In this document: positions 12,431 to 24,786 of the stretch, one piece after another
How positions within the stretch are numbered: the first letter of the stretch is position 1
Layout of the letters: the number at the start of each line of letters is the position of its first letter
DNA from: Takakia lepidozioides
Taxonomy: Eukaryota > Plantae > Bryophyta
Direction: 5' to 3'
DNA length: 64,000 nt
NCBI GenBank assembly: GCA_030704615.1
Contig: CM060731.1
Coordinates: 20,398,001 to 20,462,000 of the forward strand
The notes under the pieces: model-generated
The model's input: the letters and a program-made list of their open reading frames with translations, nothing else
What the model was told of the DNA's origin: nothing
The model's database searches: none
Made by a program: the position numbers and the translations under genes

Positions 12431-15400
12431 TCACCAGTAATCCCCACAAGAACAAATCCCATCTTCAAAGTGGTGAAAGCGGTTAGCGTCCCGTACAACA
12501 ATTGCTCGGTCAACAATCTTTGAGATGAATTTGGTGGAGGTGTGGCAGTCACCACACACTCGAAGATTCTTGATGAGACGGAGAGGCGTCCTGGGGGTCG
12601 TGCTGATCAGCCCAAAACCAATGGCCAGCTTCTCACTGTGGTGGCAAAGAGAAAATTCCTTTTCCTCCTCCCCCACATCATGCAATACAAAGCGCGTGTC
12701 AGGCACATACCCCGCCTTCTTCATCTGCCCAGACAATCTTCTCAGCTCAGCATGGATTTCCTTAATTCTGGGATGCAACTTGTCAGCTACAACGAAGGTG
12801 TGCACCCTGTTGCCAACCTCAATGCAGCAGCGACCTGGCTCCTTTCTAACCCCTTTGACCTTCATCATTCTTCTCACCTTTGCAGTATCATCCCACCTGC
12901 CAGCTGCAGCATAGATGTTTGAGAGCAACACATAAGTCGCGGCATCCTGTTCATCCCACATGAGGATAGATGTTGCTGCACGTTCAGCCATCTCCACATT
13001 GCCATGGATTCTGCAGGCACCAAGCAAGGCCTTCCACACCATAGCACCTGGATTGATGGGCATTTTATTAATCAGGTCCACTGCCTCATCCAGTTGTCCC
13101 GCACGTCCAAGAAGGTCCACCATGCAGCCAAAGTGCTCTACTGTCGGAGTGACACCATGATCTTGACTCAGGGAATCAAAGTAGCGTCTTCCTTCATTCA
13201 GTAGGCCAGCGTGGCTGCATGCAGAGAGAACACATATAAAGGTGATACTGTCCGGCTTCAAGCCGTTCTTTTGCATTCCTTCAAATAGTTGCATGACCTC
13301 CCTATGACAACCATGCTGTGCATATCCTGCGATCATCGCGTTCCAAGACACCACATCTCGTTCAGCCATATTGTCGAACACTCCTTTTGCATCCTCGATG
13401 CTCCCACATTTGGCATACATGTCCACCAGGGCAGTGTTCAGGATCACATCTGCTACAATTCCAGCTCTGACGATGTTGCCATGCACCTCTTTGCCCTTTT
13501 CCAGGGCTGCCAGGCTTGCACACGCACTGCAAACGCACACAAACGTGATGTGGTCGGGCTTCACCCCTTCCCCCCTCATTTGCTCATACGTCTCCAAAGC
13601 CTCCATCCCGCGCCCCTGCTGTGCATACCCTGCGAGCATCGCACTCCACGACACCACATCTCGTTCAGCCATATTGTCGAACACTCCCTTTGCATGCTCG
13701 ATGCTCCCACATTTGGCATACATGTCCACCAGGGCAGTGTTCAGGATGACATTTGGTACAATTCCAGCTCTGACGATGTCGCCATGCACCTCTTTGCCCT
13801 TTTCCAGGGCTGCCAGGCTTGCACACGCATTGCAAACGCACACAAACGTGATGTGGTCGGGCTTCACCCCTTCCCCCCTCATTTGCTCATACGTCTCCAA
13901 AGCCTCCATCCCGCGCCCCTGCTGTGCATATCCTGCGAGCATCGCGTTCCACGACACCACATTTCGTTCAGCCATATTGTCGAACACTCCCTTTGCATCC
14001 TCAATGCTCCCACATTTGGCATACATGTCCACCAGGGTATTGTTCAGGATCACATCTGGTACGATTCCAGCTCTGACGATGTCGCCATGCACCTCTTTGC
14101 CCTTTTCCAGGGCTCCCAGGCTTGCACACGCACTGCAAACGCACACAAACGTGATGTGGTCGGGCTTCACCCCTTCGCACATCATTTGCTCATACATCTC
14201 CAAAGCCTCCATCCCGCGCCCCTGCTGTCCATACCCTGCGAGCATCGCACTCCACGACACCACATTTCGTTCAGCCATATTGTCGAACACTCCCTCTGCA
14301 TCCTTGATGCTCCCACATTTGGCATACATGTCCACCAGGGTATTGTTCAGGATCACATCTGGTACGATTCCAGCTCTGACGATGTCGCCATGCACCTCTT
14401 TGCCCTTTTCCAGGGCTGCCAGGCTTGCACACGCACTGCAAACGCACACAAACGTGATGTGGTTGGGCTTCACCCCTTCGCACATCATTTGCTCATACGT
14501 CTCCAAAGCCTCCATCCCGCGCCCCTGCTGTGCATACCCTGCAATCATCGCACTCCACGACACCACATTTCGTTCAGCCATATTGTTGAAAACTGCCTTT
14601 GCATCCTTAACGCACCCACATTTGGCATACATGTCCACCAGGGCAGTGTTCAGAATGACATCTGGTACAATTCCAGCTTTGACGATGTCACCATGGACCT
14701 CTTTCCCCTTTTCCAGGGCTCCCAGGCTTGCACACGCATTGCAAACACAAACAAACGTGATGTGGTTGGGCTTCACCCTTTCGCGCATCATTTGCTCATA
14801 AGTCTCCAAAGCATTCGTACCACACCCATGCTTGGTAAATCCTGCCAACATTATATTCCACGTGATCAAATATCGCTGAGGCATTCTGTTGAACACTTGG
14901 TGAGCATCCATGATGCTCCCGCACTTAACATACATGTTGACAAGGGTGTTGAGGAGAAAAACATTCGGCGTGAATCCACTTTGGATAATGTGTGTGTGCA
15001 CCTGCTTTCCAGCTTCCAGGCCTTTCACCTTGATGCACTTATGCAAGAGACAGACATACGTTTCTGAATCTGCTGAAATGCCTCCTTGGTTTAAAGTCTG
15101 TAGAGCCTCTTTCAGTCTGCCTGCCTCACAAAGCATCTTCACATGCCCAGAAGTGCCAGAAGAGGCATTGTGGACTCCCTCTCTTGATCCTCTTCCAGAA
15201 GCTGTAGTCATGGTTGAGGTGCCTGATTTTATCAACTGTGCCGCTGCAGCTGCTGCCTTTAGTTGACCATCTACCCATGCAGGTTTCTTGTAGCTATTGA
15301 TCCACAGGGAATCATAGGTAATCTTGTGCTTGAAATCTGGCCCTCTTGGATGAATCTGTACCCACACTCTACCCCTGCTCCTTCAGCTATCCATGCCTCT

Positions 15401-16867
15401 GCACAAATCATGCATTCATCCTTGCCTTGCTGCTGACAGCTGACAATGACAGCCTAGATTTGTTCTAGGAAACACCCAACTCAGCTTATCACACTAGTTC
15501 CTATGCTCATTGCGTCTGCTACTCTCTGTAATCCAACAGGCATCCACCTTTTTGCCCCACCATTGACTGGGGTCAGAAAAGTATTCTTTCCACAGCTTCT
15601 CCTCGTCTCTGTTACCTGTTTCTGGATACTTTCCTGTTGTCACATTGGCAGTATCATGTCAAAGTCACTCCAAACTATCAAAGGTTCACTCAACCAGCTA
15701 ACTGGCAGAATTCAACATGAAAATTTAGGGCCGGTTCTGATAAGAGGGAAAAACAGGGTGAAATGTGTTGAAGAAGGTGCCTTCATTAGCAGTGCCTGAT
15801 TTTATCAATTGTGCCGCTGCTGCTGCGGCTTCCTGTTGACCATCTACCCACGCAGGTTTCTTGTAGCTATTGATCCACAGGGAATCATAGGTAATCTTGT
15901 GCTTGAAATCTGGCCCTCTTGGATGAATCTGGACCCACACTCCATCCCTGCTCCTTCAGTCATCCATGCCTCTGCACAAATCATGCATACATCCTTGCCT
16001 TGCTGCTAGCAACAGACAATGACAGCCTAGAATTCTTCCAGCAAACACCCCAACCATACTTATCACACTAGTTCCTATGCTGACTTGCATCTCCTTCCAA
16101 CAGGCATTCACCTTTTTGTCTCCATTGTCCCACCATTGACTGGCGTCGGAGAAGTGTTCATTCCAAAGCTTCTCCTCGTCTCTGTTATCTGTTTTTGGAT
16201 ACTTTCCTGCTGCCACATCGGCACTAACTTGTCAAATTCATTCCAAACCACCACAGATCCACTGCAACATATGGCAAATGAAAGGCTACAACTTGGATCC
16301 AGACACCATATTCAATATGCAAATTCAGGGCCGAGTCTGATGAGAGCGCAAAACAGGCTGAAATAGGTCGAAGAAGAAGGTGCCCTCACCACATTGTCCT
16401 TGACCTTGTGTCATGACCCATGGAGGATTTGAACGACCATCAACCCAAAAGGACCTCTTGTGTGTGCTGCTTGTGTCTGTAGTCAGGTAATCTCGGATTG
16501 GTCTGTGAGAACCACCACGGTGCAGCTGAGCAGGCAGAGATTGAAACACGGCCTGCTAAGCTCTCCCAAGAACCTTGTAAACATCAGGAAGAATACCAAA
16601 TCATGGTACTAACAGGAGCCAAGAGCCCACATTTGCAGGATGGACAAACTTCTTCACATCGTACATTGAGAAAAAGCCACACCTTGCGATTGCGGTTGTC
16701 CCACCATCGTGAAGGATCTTTAAAAAACCCATGCCAGCTCTGCTCCGTGCTCCAAGGTAGAGGTTTGTGATCGAAAATCCGACAGCATCAACATGTTGAC
16801 ATGGTCCTTTACTGAGGGGTGCTAGTGAGCTTTCAACAACATTCATGCAAGTTGTTTTAGGCTCCAT
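12431..16867 (-). CDS. PLS-class PPR-E1-E2-DYW (PG-type, C-to-U) organellar RNA editing factor with N-terminal OSB-type PDF motifs; exons 16867-16683, 16502-16390, 16206-16112, optional 15928-~15840 and 15633-15548, last exon 15355-12431
   Basis: The last exon is a 975-codon open frame with 20 PPR motifs, a PG box (KEPGRCCIEV), HSEKLA, CGDCH and a terminal DYW. Upstream GT-AG exons join in phase and encode LW..F.D..WWDN..KK|IHPRGPDFKHK...LW...PAWV. The PPR-DYW part is certain; the 5' exon model is inferred. Confidence 0.85.
13340..14830 (-). repeat. About five near-identical 303-nt tandem repeats, each one P-L-S PPR triplet (101 aa)
   Basis: The anchor ACATTTGGCATACATGTCCACCAGGG recurs at 13406, 13709, 14012, 14315 and 14618. 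Confidence 0.95.
15240..16380 (-). repeat. 573-bp tandem duplication of the two-exon PDF module
   Basis: Equivalent splice acceptors at 15355/15928 and 15633/16206 are each exactly 573 nt apart. Confidence 0.85.
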
Positions 16868-17192
16868 TGGGCTCTAGGCTACACGGTGAGGAACAACAAA
16901 CTCCAAACACTGCTCAAGAAACGTGTGCTTTTACCGAACTTTCAACCAGGATATTACTGTGCTCTTCCAAGGTGGCAGCCCTACATCGACCACGGCTTTC
17001 CAAGTGTGCCGTTAGACAATTAAATCATGCATCATTAAACCAAGTCTCCATAGTGAGCCACTATTTGTTGGAAATGAGGCAAAGAACTGTATTGGAAATG
17101 AGACAAACTTATTGGAAGCGAGGCAAAGATTATTGAAAATGAAAGTGGTCATTTGGCCACCAACCCCTGTTTGAAGTTTAGAGAGAGAGACG
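16868..17192. promoter_or_regulatory. Probable bidirectional promoter between the PPR-DYW and uricase genes
   Basis: Only 325 bp separate the two divergent ATGs (16867 on -, 17193 on +). This depends on the inferred PPR exon 1. Confidence 0.45.
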
Positions 17193-20100
17193 ATGGGGAC
17201 AGCGGAGGCTGTTCTGGAGCACATGCATGGCAAGGCGAGGGTACGGGTGGCGCGTTTGTGGAGAGGGAAGGAAGGACAGCCTCACCGGGTTGCGGAATGG
17301 AACATTTCCATTTCTTTGTCCTCCATGTGTCTTCCTGCTTTTTCAGATGGCGACAACTATGCTATTGTAGCAACAGATTCCATGAAGAACACGGTATTCT
17401 TTCTGACTATCCCCTTCTCACACTCTCTTATCTCCTGTTTCTCTACTTTGGGAGAATCTGACTCGAATTTGGCTCTGGTTACATTTTGGTTGAATTAGTA
17501 GTGGAATGTTCATCCTCGTATTCAGATCCACTGGTGAAGCCGTGCAGCGTTGGGAGATAATGCACTCGTTTTTAAAGATAGCAGAAACCTACTTGAATTG
17601 CAACTCGTTGTTCTGTACTTTCACAATCTGTATGATGCATCAATTGTATGCAATTTATAGAAGGTTGAGTACCGTAAGCATGGTACCCCTTTGATAGAAA
17701 TTGGTTGTCCATCCCGGTTACTGTGGATGGCTTGTTGCCGAAAATTTGATTCTCATGAATTGGAAACGCTTGTGCCCACGTGTTCCTATTTACAAAGTCA
17801 AGCAATTGCCTGTTAAATCTTGGACTACTCAAAGAGAGTTTTTTATTCTGTCTTAGATCAGTGTTGGGGATTCTGGGACTTCATTATATACTTGGCTATT
17901 AACGCTACTGGTGGATCTCAGTTAAGTCATTTTCCAAGAGGTTGGACAATTTGCTTACAGTCGTGCAACTCTTTTCAATGGCACATGCTTTGTCTGCAGA
18001 CAGTTTCTCGGCGACCTACTATCTGTTGGTCCTTCTCTGTTGCCTGAGGATTTACAGTGGTTTGGAGCTGCCTACAGGTTTACAAGCTAGCTAAAGAATG
18101 CAATGAGGAGCTGTCGATGGAAGACTTTGGAGTTCTTTTAGGAAAACATTTTATTGACACCTACCCTAAGGTGTGCTTGCAGACATCAAACCAGTCCCTT
18201 ATTTTTTATTTATTTTTTAAATCAAGGTGAGAGGGTCAATATCTCTTCAGACCTCATTCAGGGGATGGTTCTTTGATAGAGTAAGTAGAATGTCTATGTT
18301 TCAGTTATTCTGTTAGCTTATATGCCTCACAATCTGGAACTACTGTCCAGATTGTCACAGGTACGAGGGTGGCTCTTGCTGAGAAGCCTTGGGAGCGCAT
18401 TGTAGTGGATGGCCTCCCCCACCAGCATGGTACATGTTCCCCCCCCCTCCAATAAGCCCCTTCCTTTCTCCACTGGAGTAAGAAAAGCTGTGTAAGTGTT
18501 TCTCACTACAGTTCTGTATTGATGCGTGTACTGAACCCCGCAACTGAGACAGTATTCTACACAACCTGTCTCGATGTTGGCTTACCATGGCAGTCACTGA
18601 CACAGACGATGCCATGTTCCTGTATCAACAGGTTTCAAACTGGGATCGGAGAAGCATACTGCAGAGGTCAGGGTGAGCAGTGATGGAAGGGTGAAAGTGT
18701 CGTCAGGCATTTCCGAGTTGGCTTTATTGAAAACTACTCAGGTGCTGGCTAAATTTCCCTCTCATATTCCTGTCCAAACACCTGTATGAGTTTTGAAAGG
18801 GGCATAGGACTGCCCTACATTGGCTTCTTCCTTCGACTTACTGTGCTCAATTTTTAATGTTTCTCTTCGTAGTCCTGCTGTGGTAGTCCTGCTGTGGTTG
18901 TATACTATTAAAAGGAACATGTACCAACATGTGCATGTTTTAGCGACATGGTCAGCAGCAAAGGGCCTCTTCGAGTTGGAAATAGCAGGAAGTGAGCTAG
19001 TTGGAAAGGTTGATGTCTTTGCAGGCAGGGTTTGAAGGCTACATTATAGACAAATACACTACATTGCCAGAGACAAGAGAGCGAATGCTGGCCTCAGCAA
19101 TTCGTGCTGTGTGGAGGTGTGTATTTTGGAGTACAACTGAATGAAACTATCTTATCATTTTTGGGCTCATTAGTTATTTGGAAGACCATTTCTGCCCTCC
19201 TTCTTCATCAGGAAGAAAGGTAATTTGGATTCGGTTGGTTCCAGCAGGGGCTTTACTTTCCTTCTTTTGTACATTCAGCTATTTGTAATTTAATTATTTT
19301 GAGAAGCTCAACATGAGTGTAATTGGTTGCAGTTACTCCAGCAAGCCAGTGAGCTATCAACCAATGTTTGAAGCAGTGAAGGAGGTCCTTCTCAGTACCT
19401 TTTTTGGGCCTCCGCAGAGTGGAGTTTACAGTCCATCTGTTCAAAATACACTCTACCTCATGGCTAAAGCTGTGCTTGATACGTATGTCCAACTTCAATA
19501 CTTGCTTTTCTTATTTGCTCTACCTTCAATCATGGCACCCAGAGGGTGATGAAGTTTGGGACCTATGAATGTGTCTACCAGGTCGTCTACCCTGTCTACA
19601 AATTGAACTGTGTTGTCTTTCATTGGAGCCAATGGGTGCTTGAACCAAGATTTAGATGGAAGACTAAATTGACAATACGCGGACCACTTTCTGGAAAAAT
19701 CAAGAAGAAATTGAATGCTTTGATAGAATACCCCTTGGTCCATCACCAGTCCTGGTGCACAAACTTGGCTGTCAAATTAGCTATTTGCTTCCTCCTCTGC
19801 CCTTGAATGATGGACCTACAGCATGGTTGGTATACTGTTGTTTACTTCGCTTCTGAAGATTCCAGTTGCACCACCCTCTCATCCCTTTGGAAGGTAAACT
19901 GTGATGTTTGGTTCTATGTATTATGTCTTTGTATTGTGATTGGAAAGTGCTAGTACCGAGCTGTCTTTTTTCACTATGCAGGTTTCCTGAAATTGAGTCA
20001 GTGTATCTCAATATGCCAAACATTCACTTCCTTCCTGTAAATTTGCCCTCTGTGGGTGTCAAGGTAAGCACATCACCTATTCACCCAGGATAGTTTACTC

Positions 20101-20523
20101 CTGTGTTGTTACTGAAGGTTGTCGCTGTGACTGTGGCTGTGGCTGTGGCTGCAAAGGAAATATGAGAAGGCAAAAGTCTTTCTTATCAAACCTTTTCAGA
20201 CTGAGAAGGAATCTTTGACCAAGTAAAACCTGTGAATCCCTCAGAAGTGGACGAGGGATAGTAGTAATATCATAAAGATATTGGATATATTGTGATGACT
20301 AGTTGGGATGTCTGATTATTTCATAGTGAATTCACACCTAAGCTGCATGAGGTTCCAGAACTCTTCCCATATTGTTTCATTTTCAGTCTAATGAAATTCT
20401 GAAGTGGTGTTCATGGCACGTGCTTAGTTTGAAAATGATATCTTCTTGCCTACCGACGAGCCCCATGGGACAATCGAAGCCTGTTTGACCAGGAAAGGCT
20501 GTGCGGCCCAGTCCAAATTGTGA
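17193..20523 (+). CDS. UOX: Uricase (urate oxidase), peroxisomal, 300 aa; exons 17193-17393, 18078-18170, 18351-18429, 18632-18741, 19025-19116, 19333-19482, 19982-20063, 20428-20523
   Basis: Motifs HGKARVRV, VATDSMKNTVY, EKPWERI, LLKTTQAGFEG, YSPSVQNTLY, NMPNIHF and DEPHGTIEA, with C-terminal PTS1 SKL. The exons sum to 903 nt. Confidence 0.96.
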
Positions 20524-22269
20524 GAGTATATCAGGTGGGTTGGATATGATTCGTTTGTTGTGCTCAACACAAGATATCAGCTTCCCGTAATAGCCCTAGA
20601 AGGACAGAGAGGGTTAGTGAATTCCTGATCTGAACAAGGATGAAGCATTGTTTTTGGTGATGGTGCTGCTGTTGGTGATGTGCTTCCAAGTGTGCTGGCA
20701 GCAATGATGCTGACATCATAGCTAGAGGTCGTCTTAGGGACCTGACATGTCCACTGGTTATGATGATAAACAGCTTGTGAACCCTACACCTCCTTTGTGG
20801 AGCTGGAGCTGAAATGCCTCGCTGCTTACAAACAGGTGAACCTCAAATTTGTGGCTCTTTCAACAGTTCAGCACTTGTATATTTCAGATTTGAGCCATTC
20901 TTAGCCGCTTTGAATATTTGCATGTTGACAGCTCATTATGTCGTATATTCAAGTTGATGCAAATGTGAAGTAAATGAATGCCAACTCTAAATATATTGGC
21001 ACTCTGGGGATATCTCCATGTCAGACAGACTGGCTATTAAACTTTCTCAAAACTGCTTCAGACACCCCAACTATTAAATTTCGAGGTTGAATCAGGTTAT
21101 TAAGAATCGTTAAGCTTTTTGTCTGGACCTCAAGGATTCTGAATCAACCTCTCTCTAAGAGTGTTTGTGATGCAATATCTGAACCAAGTGGCATTTATCA
21201 AGTCCATTGTGTCATGTGGTCTTATTATGACCTCAGAAATAACATTTACTGGTGAATGAACATCAATGGGTGGGCTGTGCTGACAGTAAATGCACACTTT
21301 CAGGCAAGAGTGAGACATGATACAAAATGCCATCAGTCAACTTTTCAAGCAGGAAATAGGACATCAACTTCCAACAAAAGAGCAGTGACATGACACGGGA
21401 GGATCTGAGATGGTGAGACAGCAAATAGTCCTCCTTATCCATGATAACTACAACAGTCAGATTTAGATCAGCACAAAAATTAAAAACTTTGGAAAGTCAC
21501 TCATGTTTGCAAACTGCGCAGGAGCTTGCGATAGACCTACTCTGCTTCACACCAACCAGAGAGGACTGAGTGCTGCCCTTCACTACATCCTAACTTGAGC
21601 ACAAGATATCCAGGAGTATGATATATTGTGAGCTCTAAATCTCTGGGCGCATTAGTTCTTCTTTGTACGAAGGACCAAGGAGTCAACAGGAACAAACCCT
21701 TCACTACGGGAGAATGAGTTTTAGGCCACTATGCCTCCAACATGACCTGTTGCTGCCCAGCTATGACTTACATCAAACAATCAAAGATGCATAAACTGAA
21801 CAGCTCATATTTCAATCAACATCAACACCCTAGACCATCGCACATAGGAGGGGAGTGCTCCCTTGTTGATCTCTACCAATAAGTTGGCTTATGATTTCAA
21901 TAAGTGGATGAAAAGCTGCAGTGTAGTACCCCTTCATTCATCTAATAGCTCATAATTCCATCAAATACTGGAAACTACAATCTCAAGTCCCTCAGTCCAC
22001 TAAACAAGCTCGGTTAAAATCCACTTAGTCCTAAGGTGGGTCCGTTTTTGGATCCGTCACCCCTTAGGTCCCTTAGGTGGGCCAAATGGTCAGATGTGAT
22101 CATCTTTAATATTTCAAACCCTTCCTTTACTCTTCTGAAGATGGACTTTTGTGGTTTGGACCAAAGTGTCTATTCCCTACCTACACGACTCCTACATACG
22201 GAAACAGCCTCGGGCCTACATCATATCTCTCTAGCCAAAAAAATTCTAAGCCTAAGACCTCCTTAACTT

Positions 22270-24786
22270 ATACTACTAGGTAATCATTGGCTGAGTTTGT
22301 CTACAATAACACCATATATTCATCAACCAAACAGATTACATTATTCTCTAAATATGACCATCATCCTCGTGCAGACCATTTCCACATGAAGAATGTTGGA
22401 AGCTCTGCTGCAGAAGACTTGCCACTCATCTTGCTACTATTCATAAAAAACTTACATTCCAATTAGTATAAGCTCAAAATCAATATAAAAAATATGCAGA
22501 TCGAATTGGGAAACTCAACCTGATTTCAAGGTCAGAGATTGTGTATGGTTCCTTCGACGAAACATACAAACCACGCGGCCATTAATGAGGTTAGACTATC
22601 AACATCTGGGGCCATACAAAATTACTCGTCAAGTTGATTTGGTCAGTTTTCACCTTGAATTCCCACGTAGTATGCGCATATCTAGTCTTTCACATCTCAT
22701 TATTAGAATTATATCATCACTCGAGTATCCTCGAGAGAACTTTCGCACCACCTCCACCAATCGAAATCAATCATGAAGTTGAATATGAAATCGATGAAAT
22801 CTTCGACTCTTACATCAAACATAGACAACTCGAATATTTTATACATTAAAAAAGTTACGATATTAGTGAACAAACATCATCATCCAATCTTGCCAATGCA
22901 CCTAACAAAGTCCAAGAGTTTCACCGACACAATCCAGAAAAACCAAATGCCACATGTTAATAAGACGTCATGACGATGTTGATATCAGCAAAATTAGTTT
23001 CAAGATGAAGACTTCACATTCGATGCACCTGACACACATTAAAAGGAGGGATATCACTACATATTGTAAGTGTATATAGCTACACTTCGAGCATCCTTGC
23101 ATCTTGTATTGGCAACATGGAGATACAAGAATCTGATTCGCATGAGCTGTCATTTATATGACAACTACCAGACCAACCGTTCCAACTCTCACAACCTTCG
23201 ACATCACGATGACAGATCTTCAATGCGACGCATACTCCCTCGTTTAAACCACGTACGAAGGCAAGTGAAACCTATTCGATGTCTGATAATCTTGTTGGAA
23301 GTAGAGGCTTCAAACTCCGAGGATAAGGAACTGATCATGTTTGAAGGCAGTTTCGAAGATCAAAATGCTCAAATCGTTGCGTGGTCCCATGTTCATGGTA
23401 TTTAACACTATCTTTGATTGCGTGGACCTATGAATGATTTGACTTAAGATCAAATAGTAGAATATTTGGCAAGTATCATTCGCCGAATTTTGGACTTCCT
23501 TCAACTCTAAGCATTAAGTCCAAGAGTGTTACCGTTCTTGGATAAACTCGACATTAGAGAATGGGGTGATGTCAGACATAGCCCAGAAGCATCTAGCAAA
23601 AATCCAGGAATTTCTAGACCTTCTAGAAACTTCTAGAATCGAAAACATTTTAGAACTTTCTTGACATTCTAGAATATTCCAATACTTTCTAAGACATTCC
23701 AAAAATTTCAAAACTTTTCAGGACATTCTTTTGAGAACCTTCTAGAAATCCGAACCCTCTAGAACGCTTCATAGTGGTGAAGAAACATCTTTCGGTTGGA
23801 GAAACTTCCTAAGAAAGTTTGTAAGTAGTTGGTATTACAGGAGGCAAGATTGGATACACCTCGCCAACATAAGCCTTGAGGTACAATTTAGACTTTACGT
23901 CTGGTCTTGGTCATGTACTCTCTTATTCTATATAAAATTCATCATTAATTCTTGCTCATGCATTGTGTCTTGCTTAGACCATGTCAATCTCATTGCCCAG
24001 TCTAGTCTTGTTTGTCATTTTTCAAGTCAGTTAGTCATTTATCCTTGACAGCCCACACAGAAGAGGATGAGGTCAGAGGAGATTCGGAAAATGTTCCAGT
24101 GACAATGGCGGTATTGGAGGAACACAAGCGTTTGGTAGAGCCTGCAAATCCAACATCGTCAAAAGAAAAAAACACTATGAGATATAAGTAAATCGGAGTC
24201 GGAGGGAAGTCAATTGAAGTGGGCATGGAGGTCTAGTTGAACATCAAGAATTTTTTACTACCTCTGGAAGTGAGTCCAAAATTTGTGCCTCCGTATGGGA
24301 GACATTTTCGCATTCGAGAGGTCATGAATAAAGACATTTGCGAGTTGGAGTTGCTAGCGAAAAGCTAAGTGCATCTCGTAATATATGTCTTGCTTTTGAA
24401 GCCCTACTTCAACGATGAAACATGTCCAACTCTACAAAAGTTTTGCGCCCATCATGTGTGCTGTTGGATCATGGAAATGAACTCGAGTACGAGGTGGAGG
24501 CAGTACTTGAGTCAAGAAGGTTCAAAAACCAAAAAGCGGAGTATCTTGTAAAATGGAAAGGTTATCATTAAGTGGAGGCAACTTGGAAATTGCAACTAAG
24601 GTGGTGGCAGCATTTGAAAGACAACCTCAAAAGTGGAAGAAACGTTGATGGGGGACATGAGCCTTAGATGGTGGGGGAAGGAAATGTATGCTTAGTCTGG
24701 TTTAGCTAGCTGTTCGAGAGTTCGACTGTAAAGACATCTTGTACTTTACAAATCATGTTTATAAAAAGGAACCGTTTCCAAATGAT
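22270..24786 (+). mobile_element. Nested degenerate Ty3/Gypsy chromovirus remnants (two integrase-tail/chromodomain pieces) and LTR-like sequence
   Basis: LGPYKI...PPPPIEINHEVEYEIDEI at ~22600-22850 and EYEVEAVL...YLVKWKGY...EATW at ~24485-24590. A PPT-like GGTGGGGGAAGGAAA precedes TG near 24685. TCTAGAA-rich LTR-like tract at 23590-23770. Confidence 0.7.

Noticed and set aside
12431-12850. Possible U-to-C (KP-type) DYW domain
   Set aside because: It has a canonical PG box, HSEKLA and a DYW end, which indicate the C-to-U type.
13289-15067. Long antisense ORFs (592 and 476 aa) over the PPR array
   Set aside because: One stop-free 303-nt unit repeated in tandem explains their length. They are shadows of the PPR frame.
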